Positions 41,727-51,353 of a DNA stretch of 64,000 nt are shown piece after piece. Numbering within the stretch: the first letter of the stretch is position 1; the number at the start of each line of letters is the position of its first letter. The notes under the pieces were generated by a model. That model ran no database searches. It worked only from the letters and a program-made list of their open reading frames with translations, and was not told where the DNA came from. Source of the stretch: Bacteroidota bacterium (GTDB lineage Bacteria > Bacteroidota > Bacteroidia > UBA8524). Location: positions 201 through 64,200 of the forward strand of contig SBGR01000026.1 of assembly GCA_006226545.1 (NCBI GenBank), in the 5' to 3' direction. The translations under genes and the position numbers were made by a program.

Positions 41727-42212
41727 ATGAATACGGAGGAAGCAAAAATTTGGAAAGCCTTGGAAGAGGTGATGGATCCTGAGATCCCTACCATTTCCAT
41801 GGTCGATTTAGGTATCATTTCAGGGGTAGAGGCTGAAAATGATTCGGCCAGTATCACGATGATACCTACTTTCTCCGGTTGCCCTGCTTTGAAAATCATG
41901 GAAGACATGGTGCGTGAAAAAGTTCAAAGCATCGGCTTCAATAAAATTGAGGTGAGTACCAATTTTGATGTGCCTTGGACTACCGATCGCATTACTGAAA
42001 AAGGACGCCAGGCATTACTCAAACACGGCTTAGCTCCTCCTCCAAAACACAATGGCTACGTAGAATTGGAAGTATTATCTGATGTAGCTTGCCCGTATTG
42101 CGGCAGCCGTAATACCGAAATGAAAACACCATTCGGGCCAACCCTTTGCCGCTCCATGCATTACTGCAATAACTGCCTCAATGCCTTTGAGCAGTTCAAG
42201 CCAGTTGATTAA
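41727..42212 (+). CDS. paaD: Phenylacetyl-CoA epoxidase subunit D
   Basis: DPEIP, PTFSGCPA, CPYCGS, FGPTLCR, C..C..FEQFK. Confidence 0.92.
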   Translation: MNTEEAKIWKALEEVMDPEIPTISMVDLGIISGVEAENDSASITMIPTFSGCPALKIMEDMVREKVQSIGFNKIEVSTNFDVPWTTDRITEKGRQALLKHGLAPPPKHNGYVELEVLSDVACPYCGSRNTEMKTPFGPTLCRSMHYCNNCLNAFEQFKPVD

Positions 42213-42225
42213 TCCTTAGCTAGTT

Positions 42226-45200
42226 TTATTCTTTATTCACCCGGATTACACCGCGTTCGCCGGATTTCATGGTTACGTGTAAGTGGTAATTAGCTGCTGC
42301 TAATTCACTTAAATCTACTTTCCACTGTGCATCGCCCTGAACAATGTTCACTTGACTCATGGCCTGTCCGGTAATGGAATAAACCTCTATGGAGGCTATT
42401 TCGCTAGCGTCTATAGACTCCAAATAAACTACTGATTTTGTTGGGTTAGGATAGGCTTTCACCTGTATCGCTTGAAAATCTTCAATACCTACCCCAAAAG
42501 TATCAACATACACATACTTGTTTTTGATAAGTTCGCTAACACAGAGGTTTCCTGTAATTTTCAGTTTCACACTGTAAACACCGGATTTTGTATAGATATG
42601 GGATGGATTTACCGCAGTACTGGTAGCGGTTGAATCCCCAAAATCCCACTCATAACTATTCTGAACACCTCCACTGCTTAAATTCTGGAAATTGACATTC
42701 AACGGAGACCTGCCGCTTATAGGCGTTGCACTAAAATTCACGTTTACCAGGGCCTCTACCTTTGCATGAACAGAATCGGTTGATGTGCAACCATTCATAT
42801 TTGTATACGAATACAATAAGGTATAGGTACCACCTGCAAGCATCGTTGGATTAAAGGTGGAATTAGAAACACTCGGTCCTCTCCAAACTCCCCCTTGCGG
42901 ACTTCCATAAGGGAATAGGTTATATGGTCCTGCAGCTTGGCATCTTTCAGGTGGGTCTGTCATTACCAGATTTGGTTTTGATTTTACCTGAATTAAGATG
43001 GTATCCCTACCAATACAACCTGCACTGTCTTCCAATCTCAAGTAAACCAAAACGGAACCTCCGACTTTAAATGTGGTTGAATCGCCAGAAGCAGCGCCAA
43101 AATTCCACACGAAGTTAAAAGGTTCAACGCCTTTGCTGTGATTCGATCTTAAAACAACTAACTCATCCATGCAGATGGCCGTATCGTCTCCAAGATGCGG
43201 ATCAGGTACCTCATAAATACGGGTTTCAGTAGTATCGTAAGTTGGACAGCCGTATAGATCAGTATACTTCAAAACAATGGAAGCTGAAGTGCCCACTTGC
43301 GCCGTAATTTGCTTTCCTAATCCGTAACCAATCCACTCATAAGTTCCGGTGCTAGGCAAGGAATCGATAGCATGCAATTGAATGGAATTTCCCCCACAAT
43401 TTGCTATATCCGGGCCCGCATTAGGTTTCTGAGCTGTATAGCGAGAGATATATAAAGTGTCGTATTGCGAACAAGAATACACATCACGAACCTCCACTGG
43501 AATATGCTGTTGACTAAATGGAATAGTTGCCTGGTAACCATTTCCTTCGCCAAATCCATCCCAGTAGAAATTGAGAAGCGCACTATCTCCTTTGGTTACC
43601 CGAACCTTCAAGTCAAATGGCCCGGTTAGTTTCTGAGAACAAAGCCTTAAACTATCGCTAATGAAACTAAACTGCGGCAGAATAGGAACTCGAATACTAT
43701 CGCTAATTACACATCCAACACTGTCTGTAACCTGAAGTCTCCACTTCTGTGTTGTATCAGAAATAATTGCCACAGAATCGAGTGAAGTTGAATCGAACCA
43801 GAGGTAATTGAATGGGGCTCTACCACCGCTTACAATGCTTGCTGAAACAAACCGTTCTACATTAGGGCAAGTTGCCAAACTATTTCCATTGAACTGCACT
43901 GTCATGATGGAATCCCGCTCGAGGTATATAGAATCCGTCAAATACAGTTCGCAAGCCCCTAATCGGTAACCATACTGAAACACTTGCCATCCTACCGTAT
44001 TAATGATGTCTAGCGTATCTGACAAAAGTGTTTTTCCGCCCCATATCCAAGTGTAGGGAATTCCTCTATTCAAGGAATCTACTACCACCAATTGATAACC
44101 GCCACAGACACGGTTAATCTGCAATTCAGGAATAAAACTGCTATCCACCGGATCAGTTACCTCAACGGCAACGGTTTGGAATGAATAGCCTTTATAGGGA
44201 CAATGATCATCTATGAATCCAACCCTGAACAGGTAAGGTTCAGAACGAACTAGCGAGGTATCAGGTGTCCAGCAAACTTCCAGAACCGGATCGGTTGAGC
44301 TGGAGTCTACCAAATACCATGTCATGCCGGGAAGGGAATCCAATACAAACGGAACAATCGATTGGCCGGTATCCAATTCTTGCGCGCTAAACCGCCAGCA
44401 ATTCGGTTGTACGGCACATGCCAATAAATTGGTCGGTCCTGTCATTTTCGGAGGGAAATTCTGCAGGTTTCCTATGATGACATCGTGGTCGACATGTTGT
44501 TCAGAAACCAATGCCATAACACCCGAAATCCTTTTCCAGCCTTTAATTCTTAAGGCCATCACTTCATGCTGACCACCAATTGCACCGTTGAATCTTAGGT
44601 TACCGGTAGGGTTTTCTATGTTCAGGCTAGTAAGCGGGAATCCAATAGACATGAAAGGCACCGAAGCACTGAAACTCGTATTGTAGGTTATACTAGTATT
44701 GGAATCCTTTAGGGCGGAAGTAAGTTCATAGCTTATACTGTCCATAACGCCGTTACTGTCGGCAACAGGGTAGCCACCTGAAAAAGAAGAATTCACATGA
44801 TTTAAAAAAGGAACTATTTCAACTAGCTCAAGGCTATTTTCAATGCTATACAGACAACGGTTAAGTTTGCTGAATACGTAAAACGCTTCACCGTTTCCAT
44901 TGGTGCTCACGCGCTGTGCCGTATCGCTATAACTGATAGTGAAATCACATGCCGAACCAAAGGTGTCCAAATCCCATATCGCTTGATAAGTTTGAAGTTG
45001 ATAGCCATAAGCCAGCAATGTTCCTCCATTGCAAATCGAAGTATCTGCACACGCAGCATTGATGCCTGATACATCCCGAGAAGATTCCAAGGTAGTGGGA
45101 ACATTAATATGCCCTTGTGACCAGCTGATTTTTAGCGATGGTGTGGTCAAGCCTGAAGCGGAACAATCGCGTATTACATGCACCCGAAGTGTATAGGAAT

Positions 45201-45306
45201 TGGTATCAATGGCTTGGTAAGATATCCAAGCTCCGCGAATTGGTCCTGCAGCAACTTGCGTGAACGACAATACAAGCAAGCTGATCAAAAAATAAAACTT
45301 TTTCAT
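42226..45306 (-). CDS. Large T9SS type A cargo with Ig-like repeats and PKD domain (adhesin-like)
   Basis: Signal MKKFYF; repeated D..GC...D strands; YEWDFGD PKD; YPNP C-terminal domain. Confidence 0.85.
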   Translation of the reverse strand: MKKFYFLISLLVLSFTQVAAGPIRGAWISYQAIDTNSYTLRVHVIRDCSASGLTTPSLKISWSQGHINVPTTLESSRDVSGINAACADTSICNGGTLLAYGYQLQTYQAIWDLDTFGSACDFTISYSDTAQRVSTNGNGEAFYVFSKLNRCLYSIENSLELVEIVPFLNHVNSSFSGGYPVADSNGVMDSISYELTSALKDSNTSITYNTSFSASVPFMSIGFPLTSLNIENPTGNLRFNGAIGGQHEVMALRIKGWKRISGVMALVSEQHVDHDVIIGNLQNFPPKMTGPTNLLACAVQPNCWRFSAQELDTGQSIVPFVLDSLPGMTWYLVDSSSTDPVLEVCWTPDTSLVRSEPYLFRVGFIDDHCPYKGYSFQTVAVEVTDPVDSSFIPELQINRVCGGYQLVVVDSLNRGIPYTWIWGGKTLLSDTLDIINTVGWQVFQYGYRLGACELYLTDSIYLERDSIMTVQFNGNSLATCPNVERFVSASIVSGGRAPFNYLWFDSTSLDSVAIISDTTQKWRLQVTDSVGCVISDSIRVPILPQFSFISDSLRLCSQKLTGPFDLKVRVTKGDSALLNFYWDGFGEGNGYQATIPFSQQHIPVEVRDVYSCSQYDTLYISRYTAQKPNAGPDIANCGGNSIQLHAIDSLPSTGTYEWIGYGLGKQITAQVGTSASIVLKYTDLYGCPTYDTTETRIYEVPDPHLGDDTAICMDELVVLRSNHSKGVEPFNFVWNFGAASGDSTTFKVGGSVLVYLRLEDSAGCIGRDTILIQVKSKPNLVMTDPPERCQAAGPYNLFPYGSPQGGVWRGPSVSNSTFNPTMLAGGTYTLLYSYTNMNGCTSTDSVHAKVEALVNVNFSATPISGRSPLNVNFQNLSSGGVQNSYEWDFGDSTATSTAVNPSHIYTKSGVYSVKLKITGNLCVSELIKNKYVYVDTFGVGIEDFQAIQVKAYPNPTKSVVYLESIDASEIASIEVYSITGQAMSQVNIVQGDAQWKVDLSELAAANYHLHVTMKSGERGVIRVNKE

Positions 45307-45324
45307 GATTTGGTCTGGCTTGGA

Positions 45325-45332
45325 CAAATATA
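45325..45332 (-). promoter_or_regulatory. Bacteroidota -7 promoter box (TATATTTG)
   Basis: Exact match 18 nt upstream of the ATG at 45306. Confidence 0.6.
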
Positions 45333-45340
45333 TCGAAAAT

Positions 45341-45437
45341 AACCCATCTCCCCCGGTGATGTCCGCTCAAACGTCCTTTTCATACGTTAACAGGGTCAAA
45401 GTAATACGGTGTCATCAGCCGGGGGGATGAGTGTTTT
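45341..45437 (-). ncRNA. Structured RNA, probably 6S-like (6S-Flavo type)
   Basis: Long closing stem (CAUCCCCCCGGCUGAUG / CAUCACCGGGGGAGAUG), CCG/CGG inner pairs, large central bubble and terminal CCUGUU/AAAAGG stem-loop. Family assignment is from recalled architecture, not a covariance search. Confidence 0.6.
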
Positions 45438-45486
45438 TTTCATCCGCCTTCGACTCCAAAAATGGGTCAAGAAGTTCTAGGAATGA

Positions 45487-45517
45487 TTAATTAAATTAGT
45501 CTAGGTAATTTAATTAA
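45487..45517. promoter_or_regulatory. Perfect 12-bp AT-rich inverted repeat
   Basis: TTAATTAAATTA-gtctagg-TAATTTAATTAA. Confidence 0.4.
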
Positions 45518-45632
45518 AGGTTTATCGTTCTCTTTGATGGCTAGAGGCCTTCCATGGGCAAAATGTTGCCCGTAAGAAGAGGATTTTTTTATTCCTCAAC
45601 TTTCAAACCCTAAAAATCTAGGTGATACCAGC

Positions 45633-48020
45633 CTATTTACTGAGTAGAAGTTTAACCGTATGGTAACCTTCAGCATCTTGCCAGCGTGCATAGTACATCC
45701 CTTGAGCATACAAACTCAGGTCTATTTGCTGCGGTCCATCAACCATGGCTTGAGATCCTAGAAACTGTCCGCTGCTGCTATACAATTCTAACTCGCCAAT
45801 GGTATTCTTTAAACCACTCAATAGAAACAATCCCTGACTCGGGTTTGGATAAAGCTGAACGGTATTCAAGTCGATGTTCTCAAACTTTTGGCAATTGCCG
45901 CCTACAAAAACATCATCTATGTATAGGTTGGAGCCTAGTACATGGAAAATATAGCGAAACGCTACTTGAACATTAGGCTGACCTGCAGTACCTACCAACT
46001 CCACTTCTTGGCAATTGCCTTTTGCAGCGCACCAATCGTTTGCGCTACTCGGAACATACGAGCCTCCAAAACTTCCACTCACATTGATGTTTCGCATCGC
46101 TTGACCAAAAACGGAACGGAAGCTGGCCCCGCCGTCAGTTGAAACTAGAATATAAATGGAATCCAGAGCAGAAGAACTTCTTCTGGAATAGGCAAAATTA
46201 AAGTTGATAGACGGATTGGTATAATCGCTGAAATCGAGTGCTTGACTGGTTAACTGCGTAAACGTACCGGTTTGTCCGTTATAGCCTTCTGTCCACAACG
46301 CGTAAGCCGTATCACCAGGAGAATAGCTTATCTTAATGGATTCAAATCCTTTGGAGGCATTGGTACCCGATACAGTCCACTTTTCAATGGATAAACCTGC
46401 GTCGAAGTTTTCTTTGAGAATAGTGGCTACGCCATTCGCATTCACGTGAATGCCGCCTTCCGACTTTTTAGTACTTGAACCAAAACTGTTTTTCAAGGTA
46501 AGGCTATAACTGTAGTTTCCTACATACGGATAAACCACCTCAGGGTTGGCTTCGGTACTTGTTGACGGGATTCCGCCTGGAAACTCCCAATAATACTCAT
46601 CGGCTTCACCGGCTGCAGAGCTTGCGGTAAATTGAATAGGGCTATTTGGACAGTACGCCATTTCCATCTGAGTAAAAACCACTTCAGGCGGTGAACTTCT
46701 CAGGGTATCTACACACTGTAGTCCTTTGAAAACGTTTACACGTCCCGCACCCAATTTATCTTTATAAGAAGGGTTCACCGCATCAATATTATCGGCATTA
46801 TTCAACATACAGCCGAGCAACTTTTCATTCGAGATGGTCGGCATATGCGATTTCATCAAGGCCAAAACACCAGCCACCAAAGGAGACGCCATGGACGTAC
46901 CCGATTGAGAACTATAGGAAGAGTTGGTATAGGTACTTAAAATCTGATAGCCCGGAGCACTGATGGTAGTGTAGGTATTGTAATTAGAGAAGCTGGATTT
47001 CGCATCATTCTGACTTGTAGATGCTACAGAAACAACGCCGGTATAGAAGGCAGGGTAACGCACCAACTGCGCACCGTCATTTCCCATGGCTGCAACAATG
47101 ATACTTCCTTTCTGTATGGCTTCTGCTACAATCAACTGTCCGGTAGACGAAAAGCCCGGGCCACTCCAAGAACAGTTAATGATATCTGCACCGGCCTGTC
47201 CGGCATAGTAAATACCCTCATACCCTCTCGGAATTGCGGTTGTACTCTGTTGACCTGTAATGGTTGATTTAACAGCGATAAGGGAGATATTGAAACCTAC
47301 TGAAGCAATTCCTGATGAGTTATCAGTTGTTGCTCCAACAATTCCCCCGACGTGAGTGCCGTGCGAATAGGCGCTATTGATTGGACTAGGGTTATTATCT
47401 CCATCGCCTACATCATAGCCTACCACATCATCCACGAAACCATTCAAGTCATCGTCTATTCCGTTATTAGGTATCTCTTTGGGATTTTGCCATAAGTTAC
47501 CCTGAAGGTCTGGGTGATTTATTTGCATGGCATCGTCAACAATAGCCACCGTAACCACTTTATCTCCCTTGGAAATATCCCAAGCTTCTAGCGCTTGGAT
47601 CTTGTACAAATGCCATTGGTTTCCCAAGGTATTTGGTCTTAGATCATTTGGTTGGTAATCCAAGTAGGCCATAGGAACCGGCTCAGCATAATCACAGATT
47701 GGATCTAGGTTGATTTGTTGAATTAGCGATAATACACCGGTTGTGTCTTTCATGGTAATGCGCACAACCCTGGCTAATGCTTTATTGTCTGCATTCCAAA
47801 AAGGCAAGGCTGCCTCTTGAATTTGATCACCTTTGATATACTTACCAAAAGTCTCTAAAAACACCCTTTGGTTAAGCTTTCCGGCATCTAACATACCGGT
47901 GAAATTTTTCTCAGAAACCATGATGTACATTTCACCCGGAACGTAGTCAGTTCTAGTCTCTTGAGCGAATGAAATCAATACGTAAGTAAAAGAAAATAAG
48001 GAAAGTAAAAATCTCTTCAT
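45633..48020 (-). CDS. S8 subtilisin-like serine protease with PKD domain and T9SS type A C-terminal domain
   Basis: Catalytic VAIVDD, HGTHVGG, GTSMASP; YPNPS C-terminal domain. Confidence 0.93.
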   Translation of the reverse strand: MKRFLLSLFSFTYVLISFAQETRTDYVPGEMYIMVSEKNFTGMLDAGKLNQRVFLETFGKYIKGDQIQEAALPFWNADNKALARVVRITMKDTTGVLSLIQQINLDPICDYAEPVPMAYLDYQPNDLRPNTLGNQWHLYKIQALEAWDISKGDKVVTVAIVDDAMQINHPDLQGNLWQNPKEIPNNGIDDDLNGFVDDVVGYDVGDGDNNPSPINSAYSHGTHVGGIVGATTDNSSGIASVGFNISLIAVKSTITGQQSTTAIPRGYEGIYYAGQAGADIINCSWSGPGFSSTGQLIVAEAIQKGSIIVAAMGNDGAQLVRYPAFYTGVVSVASTSQNDAKSSFSNYNTYTTISAPGYQILSTYTNSSYSSQSGTSMASPLVAGVLALMKSHMPTISNEKLLGCMLNNADNIDAVNPSYKDKLGAGRVNVFKGLQCVDTLRSSPPEVVFTQMEMAYCPNSPIQFTASSAAGEADEYYWEFPGGIPSTSTEANPEVVYPYVGNYSYSLTLKNSFGSSTKKSEGGIHVNANGVATILKENFDAGLSIEKWTVSGTNASKGFESIKISYSPGDTAYALWTEGYNGQTGTFTQLTSQALDFSDYTNPSINFNFAYSRRSSSALDSIYILVSTDGGASFRSVFGQAMRNINVSGSFGGSYVPSSANDWCAAKGNCQEVELVGTAGQPNVQVAFRYIFHVLGSNLYIDDVFVGGNCQKFENIDLNTVQLYPNPSQGLFLLSGLKNTIGELELYSSSGQFLGSQAMVDGPQQIDLSLYAQGMYYARWQDAEGYHTVKLLLSK

Positions 48021-48096
48021 TTTTTAAAAAACGTCGGAAGTTATATAAAGCTTGACACTTTATAACAAGATTTGTTGCACCTGATGCTAACAGTTG

Positions 48097-49338
48097 TTAA
48101 CCTTTTACGCGACGATTAAAAAGCGCCTTTTTATAGAATGACCATTTGGCCCAATCGCCAAAAAAATGATTTTCTTCAAACAAGTAAGAAATCAGTCGCT
48201 TATACCGCTTACTTTTAGAAGTAGTGGAAATTAAGAAATTAGCGATCCTCGGACCCCTCATTAATTTTTGAAGGAAGTGGCTAAATTTCAATTCCGGACC
48301 TACCATGCTGTAAATTTTCTTGTCGTAAGCTTTCAAGTATTCAGCGCTGTACTTCTGGTCTTTTATGGCCTGAGCAGCATACTGTGCCGCAAATCGACCA
48401 CTTCGAATGGCATTTCCAATTCCTTCACCGGTTAATGGGTCTACCAATGACGCGGCATCTCCGGCTATCAGCAAGTGATCTGAACTCAACTGCACCTTTT
48501 TAGAACCTAGCGGTATTCCCATGCCTTTAACGGTTTCCAGTGGTTTAGCATGAGCAAACCTCGGCGAGATGGTCGGATGTTCTTTGATTACGCGTTCCAA
48601 AACCTCCTTCAGGTTGACCTTCTTCTTACTCACGTATTCAGAAAGCATCCCAATACCAACGTTGGCTTTGTTATTTGCCATTGGGAATATCCACAAATAA
48701 CCAGGAAGCACATCTTCGATAAAATGCAATTCTATTTTTTCGCGCGACTCAAATTCGACGCCTTCATAATAAATACGTAAGGCACCACAATGGTGTTTTC
48801 TATCCAGCTTGTGATTGGCAAATTTCCTTGCAACAAAGGAGTTAATCCCATCGCAAGCAATAAGCATTTTACATGCTATATCCGTGCTTGGGCCTTTCAG
48901 AGAATATCCATCCGGAATGCGATTAACCTCTTTGATTTCCGTTTCTTCTAGAAGCAAAATGTCTTGACATGTCTTTACCTCTTCGATTAAAACATTGTCA
49001 AACTCTTCTCTGCTTATGACACAGCCATCTCTGTTACTCGATTTCAGCGTATTAATCTCTAAAACACTTCCATTCGGAGCAAACGCCTTCACGCCTATCA
49101 TTCTTTGGCGATGTTCATTCGTATTGAACCTTTCCAATAGTGAGGGTCTAATTTTAGAAAGCTGATTGATCACATCCGGGCTCATCGCATCTCCGCATGT
49201 TTTGTCTCGAGGAAAACGATGCTTATCCAATAGCACAACCGAATATCCTTGTCCGCTAAGACACAATGCGGCTGATGCGCCGGCAGGACCGGCTCCTAAG
49301 ATGGCTATATCGTAATTCTGTACTTCCATTTTGCTCAC
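48097..49338 (-). CDS. Geranylgeranyl reductase family FAD oxidoreductase
   Basis: GAGPAG, FPRDKTCGD, GYLWIFP, GDAASLVDPLTGEGI; start GTG 49338 or ATG 49329. Confidence 0.88.
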   Translation of the reverse strand: MSKMEVQNYDIAILGAGPAGASAALCLSGQGYSVVLLDKHRFPRDKTCGDAMSPDVINQLSKIRPSLLERFNTNEHRQRMIGVKAFAPNGSVLEINTLKSSNRDGCVISREEFDNVLIEEVKTCQDILLLEETEIKEVNRIPDGYSLKGPSTDIACKMLIACDGINSFVARKFANHKLDRKHHCGALRIYYEGVEFESREKIELHFIEDVLPGYLWIFPMANNKANVGIGMLSEYVSKKKVNLKEVLERVIKEHPTISPRFAHAKPLETVKGMGIPLGSKKVQLSSDHLLIAGDAASLVDPLTGEGIGNAIRSGRFAAQYAAQAIKDQKYSAEYLKAYDKKIYSMVGPELKFSHFLQKLMRGPRIANFLISTTSKSKRYKRLISYLFEENHFFGDWAKWSFYKKALFNRRVKG

Positions 49339-49343
49339 TCGGG

Positions 49344-49351
49344 CAAATATA
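49344..49351 (-). promoter_or_regulatory. Bacteroidota -7 promoter box (TATATTTG)
   Basis: Exact match 5 nt upstream of the GTG at 49338. Confidence 0.55.
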
Positions 49352-49393
49352 GCCGAATGTGGCAGGAATTAATTAAATACTGATATTCGCTGC

Positions 49394-50278
49394 ATGCTAT
49401 TGCGCGACTGGTGGACATTTATCAGAGGGGTGAATTTACTGATCATTGCATTGGTAATGTACCTGGTTCAATACCAACTCGTGCTTTATGGAATTCCAAC
49501 CGTGCCCAAAGACGAAGCCGACCTCATTTTGTTCTGGCTTATTCTATCAACCATTTTCATCAGTATCGGAGGCAATGTAATCAATGACTATTTCGATCAA
49601 TCCATTGATCAAATTAACAAGCCTGAAAAAACCTTCGTTGGAAAAAAAATCACAGCTAAGAATAGCCTCTTATTCTATATCGGGTGCAATATCTCCGCAC
49701 TAATTTCACTCTTGGTCTTGGTGCAGAATACCGGATTAGATCTGTGGTTACTCATCTTCCCAATCACGGGCATAAGTTTGTATTTCTATGCTGCCAAGCT
49801 GAAAAAAAGCCTGCTCATTGGAAACCTTCTTATCGCCATCCTATCTGGCTTGGTTCCGTTATTACCTTACCTAAGTCTGGAACACTTAGTTCCTGTTTCT
49901 CAATCCACTTCTTCGGTAATTGTGCTTGCGCTCATTGCATTCTGGACAACCTTAATAAGAGAAATAATTAAAGATAAATTAGATATCGAAGGGGATACAC
50001 TAGCTGGAGCCAATACCTTGGCCATCCAACTCGATTCAAAAAAACTTATCCGACTGCTTTGCGTATTCATTGCAGCCGTTCCATTATTGAGCTTTTGGTT
50101 CTATTCATTGATAGAACTAAAACCAATACCCATGGTTCTAGCTGAAACGGCAATTGGCGTTTGTAGCGTTGTTCTACTTCGAAGTATTGTTATAGAAAAA
50201 CCGAACTGGAAAGCCGCAAGTCAATGGAGCAAGATTCTCATGCTCAGCGGCCTACTTGGATTACTTCTTCGCTTCTAG
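49394..50278 (+). CDS. UbiA-family prenyltransferase, DGGGP-synthase-like
   Basis: GNVINDYFDQSIDQINKP and REIIKDKLDIEGD Asp-rich motifs; LKK..LIGN; about 8 TM helices. Confidence 0.85.
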   Translation: MLLRDWWTFIRGVNLLIIALVMYLVQYQLVLYGIPTVPKDEADLILFWLILSTIFISIGGNVINDYFDQSIDQINKPEKTFVGKKITAKNSLLFYIGCNISALISLLVLVQNTGLDLWLLIFPITGISLYFYAAKLKKSLLIGNLLIAILSGLVPLLPYLSLEHLVPVSQSTSSVIVLALIAFWTTLIREIIKDKLDIEGDTLAGANTLAIQLDSKKLIRLLCVFIAAVPLLSFWFYSLIELKPIPMVLAETAIGVCSVVLLRSIVIEKPNWKAASQWSKILMLSGLLGLLLRF

Positions 50279-51166
50279 CGATTCATAGAGATTCAGAATA
50301 ATGCCTTCCTTTAGGCCGGCTGAAGGAGCCATAATTCCTTGGATTTGCCCCCATTCCATAATGCGTAAATAGATTTCTCCGGCGTATTCAATCACATCCG
50401 CTCTATCCGGATTCAGTCTGAGCTGGTAAATCCGGTCTTTTAGGGTCATGCCTTTGATTTTAGCGTGCATGGACCTCAAGGTACTCAAGCTCATAAACTC
50501 ACCATTCTCTGCACCACTCATACGGTAGAGTTTTGAAATATTACCTCCTGTTCCTAGCGCATTAATTTCTTTCAACGCATGTGTCCTTGCCTTAACCCAA
50601 GCCTCTAACTTAGACCAAGTAGCATCAGTAACTTGATCATCCATTAAGCGAACAGTACCTACCGGAAACGAGACAGATTCAGTTGGCTTGCCATTGCGAA
50701 TTACCGTCAGCTCTGTACTTCCTCCGCCAACGTCAATATTGATGAAATTGCCTTTGCGGTTGATGCCTTCCATCACTGAACGTAAAATCAACTCCGATTC
50801 CTTCTCGCCACTAATGATGTCAATTTTGAGGTCGTGTTTTTTGAGTACACTTTTAATGATTTGTTTGCCATTGGTGGCTTCGCGCATGGCACTGGTTGCA
50901 CACGCTTTATAATGCTCCACCTTATGAATATCCATAATGAGCTTAAAAGCCTGCATCGCCATCATGAACATCTCCTTCTTCTCTGCCCCTAATTTACCAT
51001 CGCGAAAAACATCATCGCCCAAACGTAGTGGTATGCGCAGAAACTCCACTTTCTTAAACTCCGGTGTTTTATTGCCGGTCATCACGCGGGTGATCAGAAG
51101 ACGCATGGCATTGGAGCCTATATCGATTGCAGCTAATTTCAAATCAACTGCAAAGTATTCTTTCAA
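50261..51166 (-). CDS. ppx: Ppx/GppA exopolyphosphatase
   Basis: AIDIGSNAMRL, ATSAMREA, DVGGGSTE, DRADVI, GLKEG; TTG start uncertain. Confidence 0.9.
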   Translation of the reverse strand: MKEYFAVDLKLAAIDIGSNAMRLLITRVMTGNKTPEFKKVEFLRIPLRLGDDVFRDGKLGAEKKEMFMMAMQAFKLIMDIHKVEHYKACATSAMREATNGKQIIKSVLKKHDLKIDIISGEKESELILRSVMEGINRKGNFINIDVGGGSTELTVIRNGKPTESVSFPVGTVRLMDDQVTDATWSKLEAWVKARTHALKEINALGTGGNISKLYRMSGAENGEFMSLSTLRSMHAKIKGMTLKDRIYQLRLNPDRADVIEYAGEIYLRIMEWGQIQGIMAPSAGLKEGIILNLYESLEAKK

Positions 51167-51287
51167 GCGATTATTAAATACCCGAACTATCCACAGGAAG
51201 TGGAAAAGGGCAATGGATAGACTTTAGCGATAAAACGGTTGGCAATAATGAATTAACATGGCACAGGGACCCATGAACAAACCATAT

Positions 51288-51324
51288 AAAAAACGAAAAG
51301 CGGGCTATTACTAACCCGCCTTCG
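51288..51324 (-). terminator. Intrinsic terminator
   Basis: Minus strand CGAAGGCGGGUUA-guaa-UAGCCCGCUUUUCG followed by U6. Confidence 0.75.
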
Positions 51325-51353
51325 CTCAACTATGAACCAAAAATTACTAATCC
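51288..51353 (-). ncRNA. Candidate ~65-nt small RNA
   Basis: Near-consensus -7 box TTACTTTG (51359-51366), short U-rich single-stranded region, then a strong terminator. Confidence 0.35.

Noticed and set aside
45341..45437. Hairpin as a simple terminator or tRNA
   Set aside because: The ~50-nt interior with an internal stem is too large for a terminator, and there is no cloverleaf or T-loop motif.
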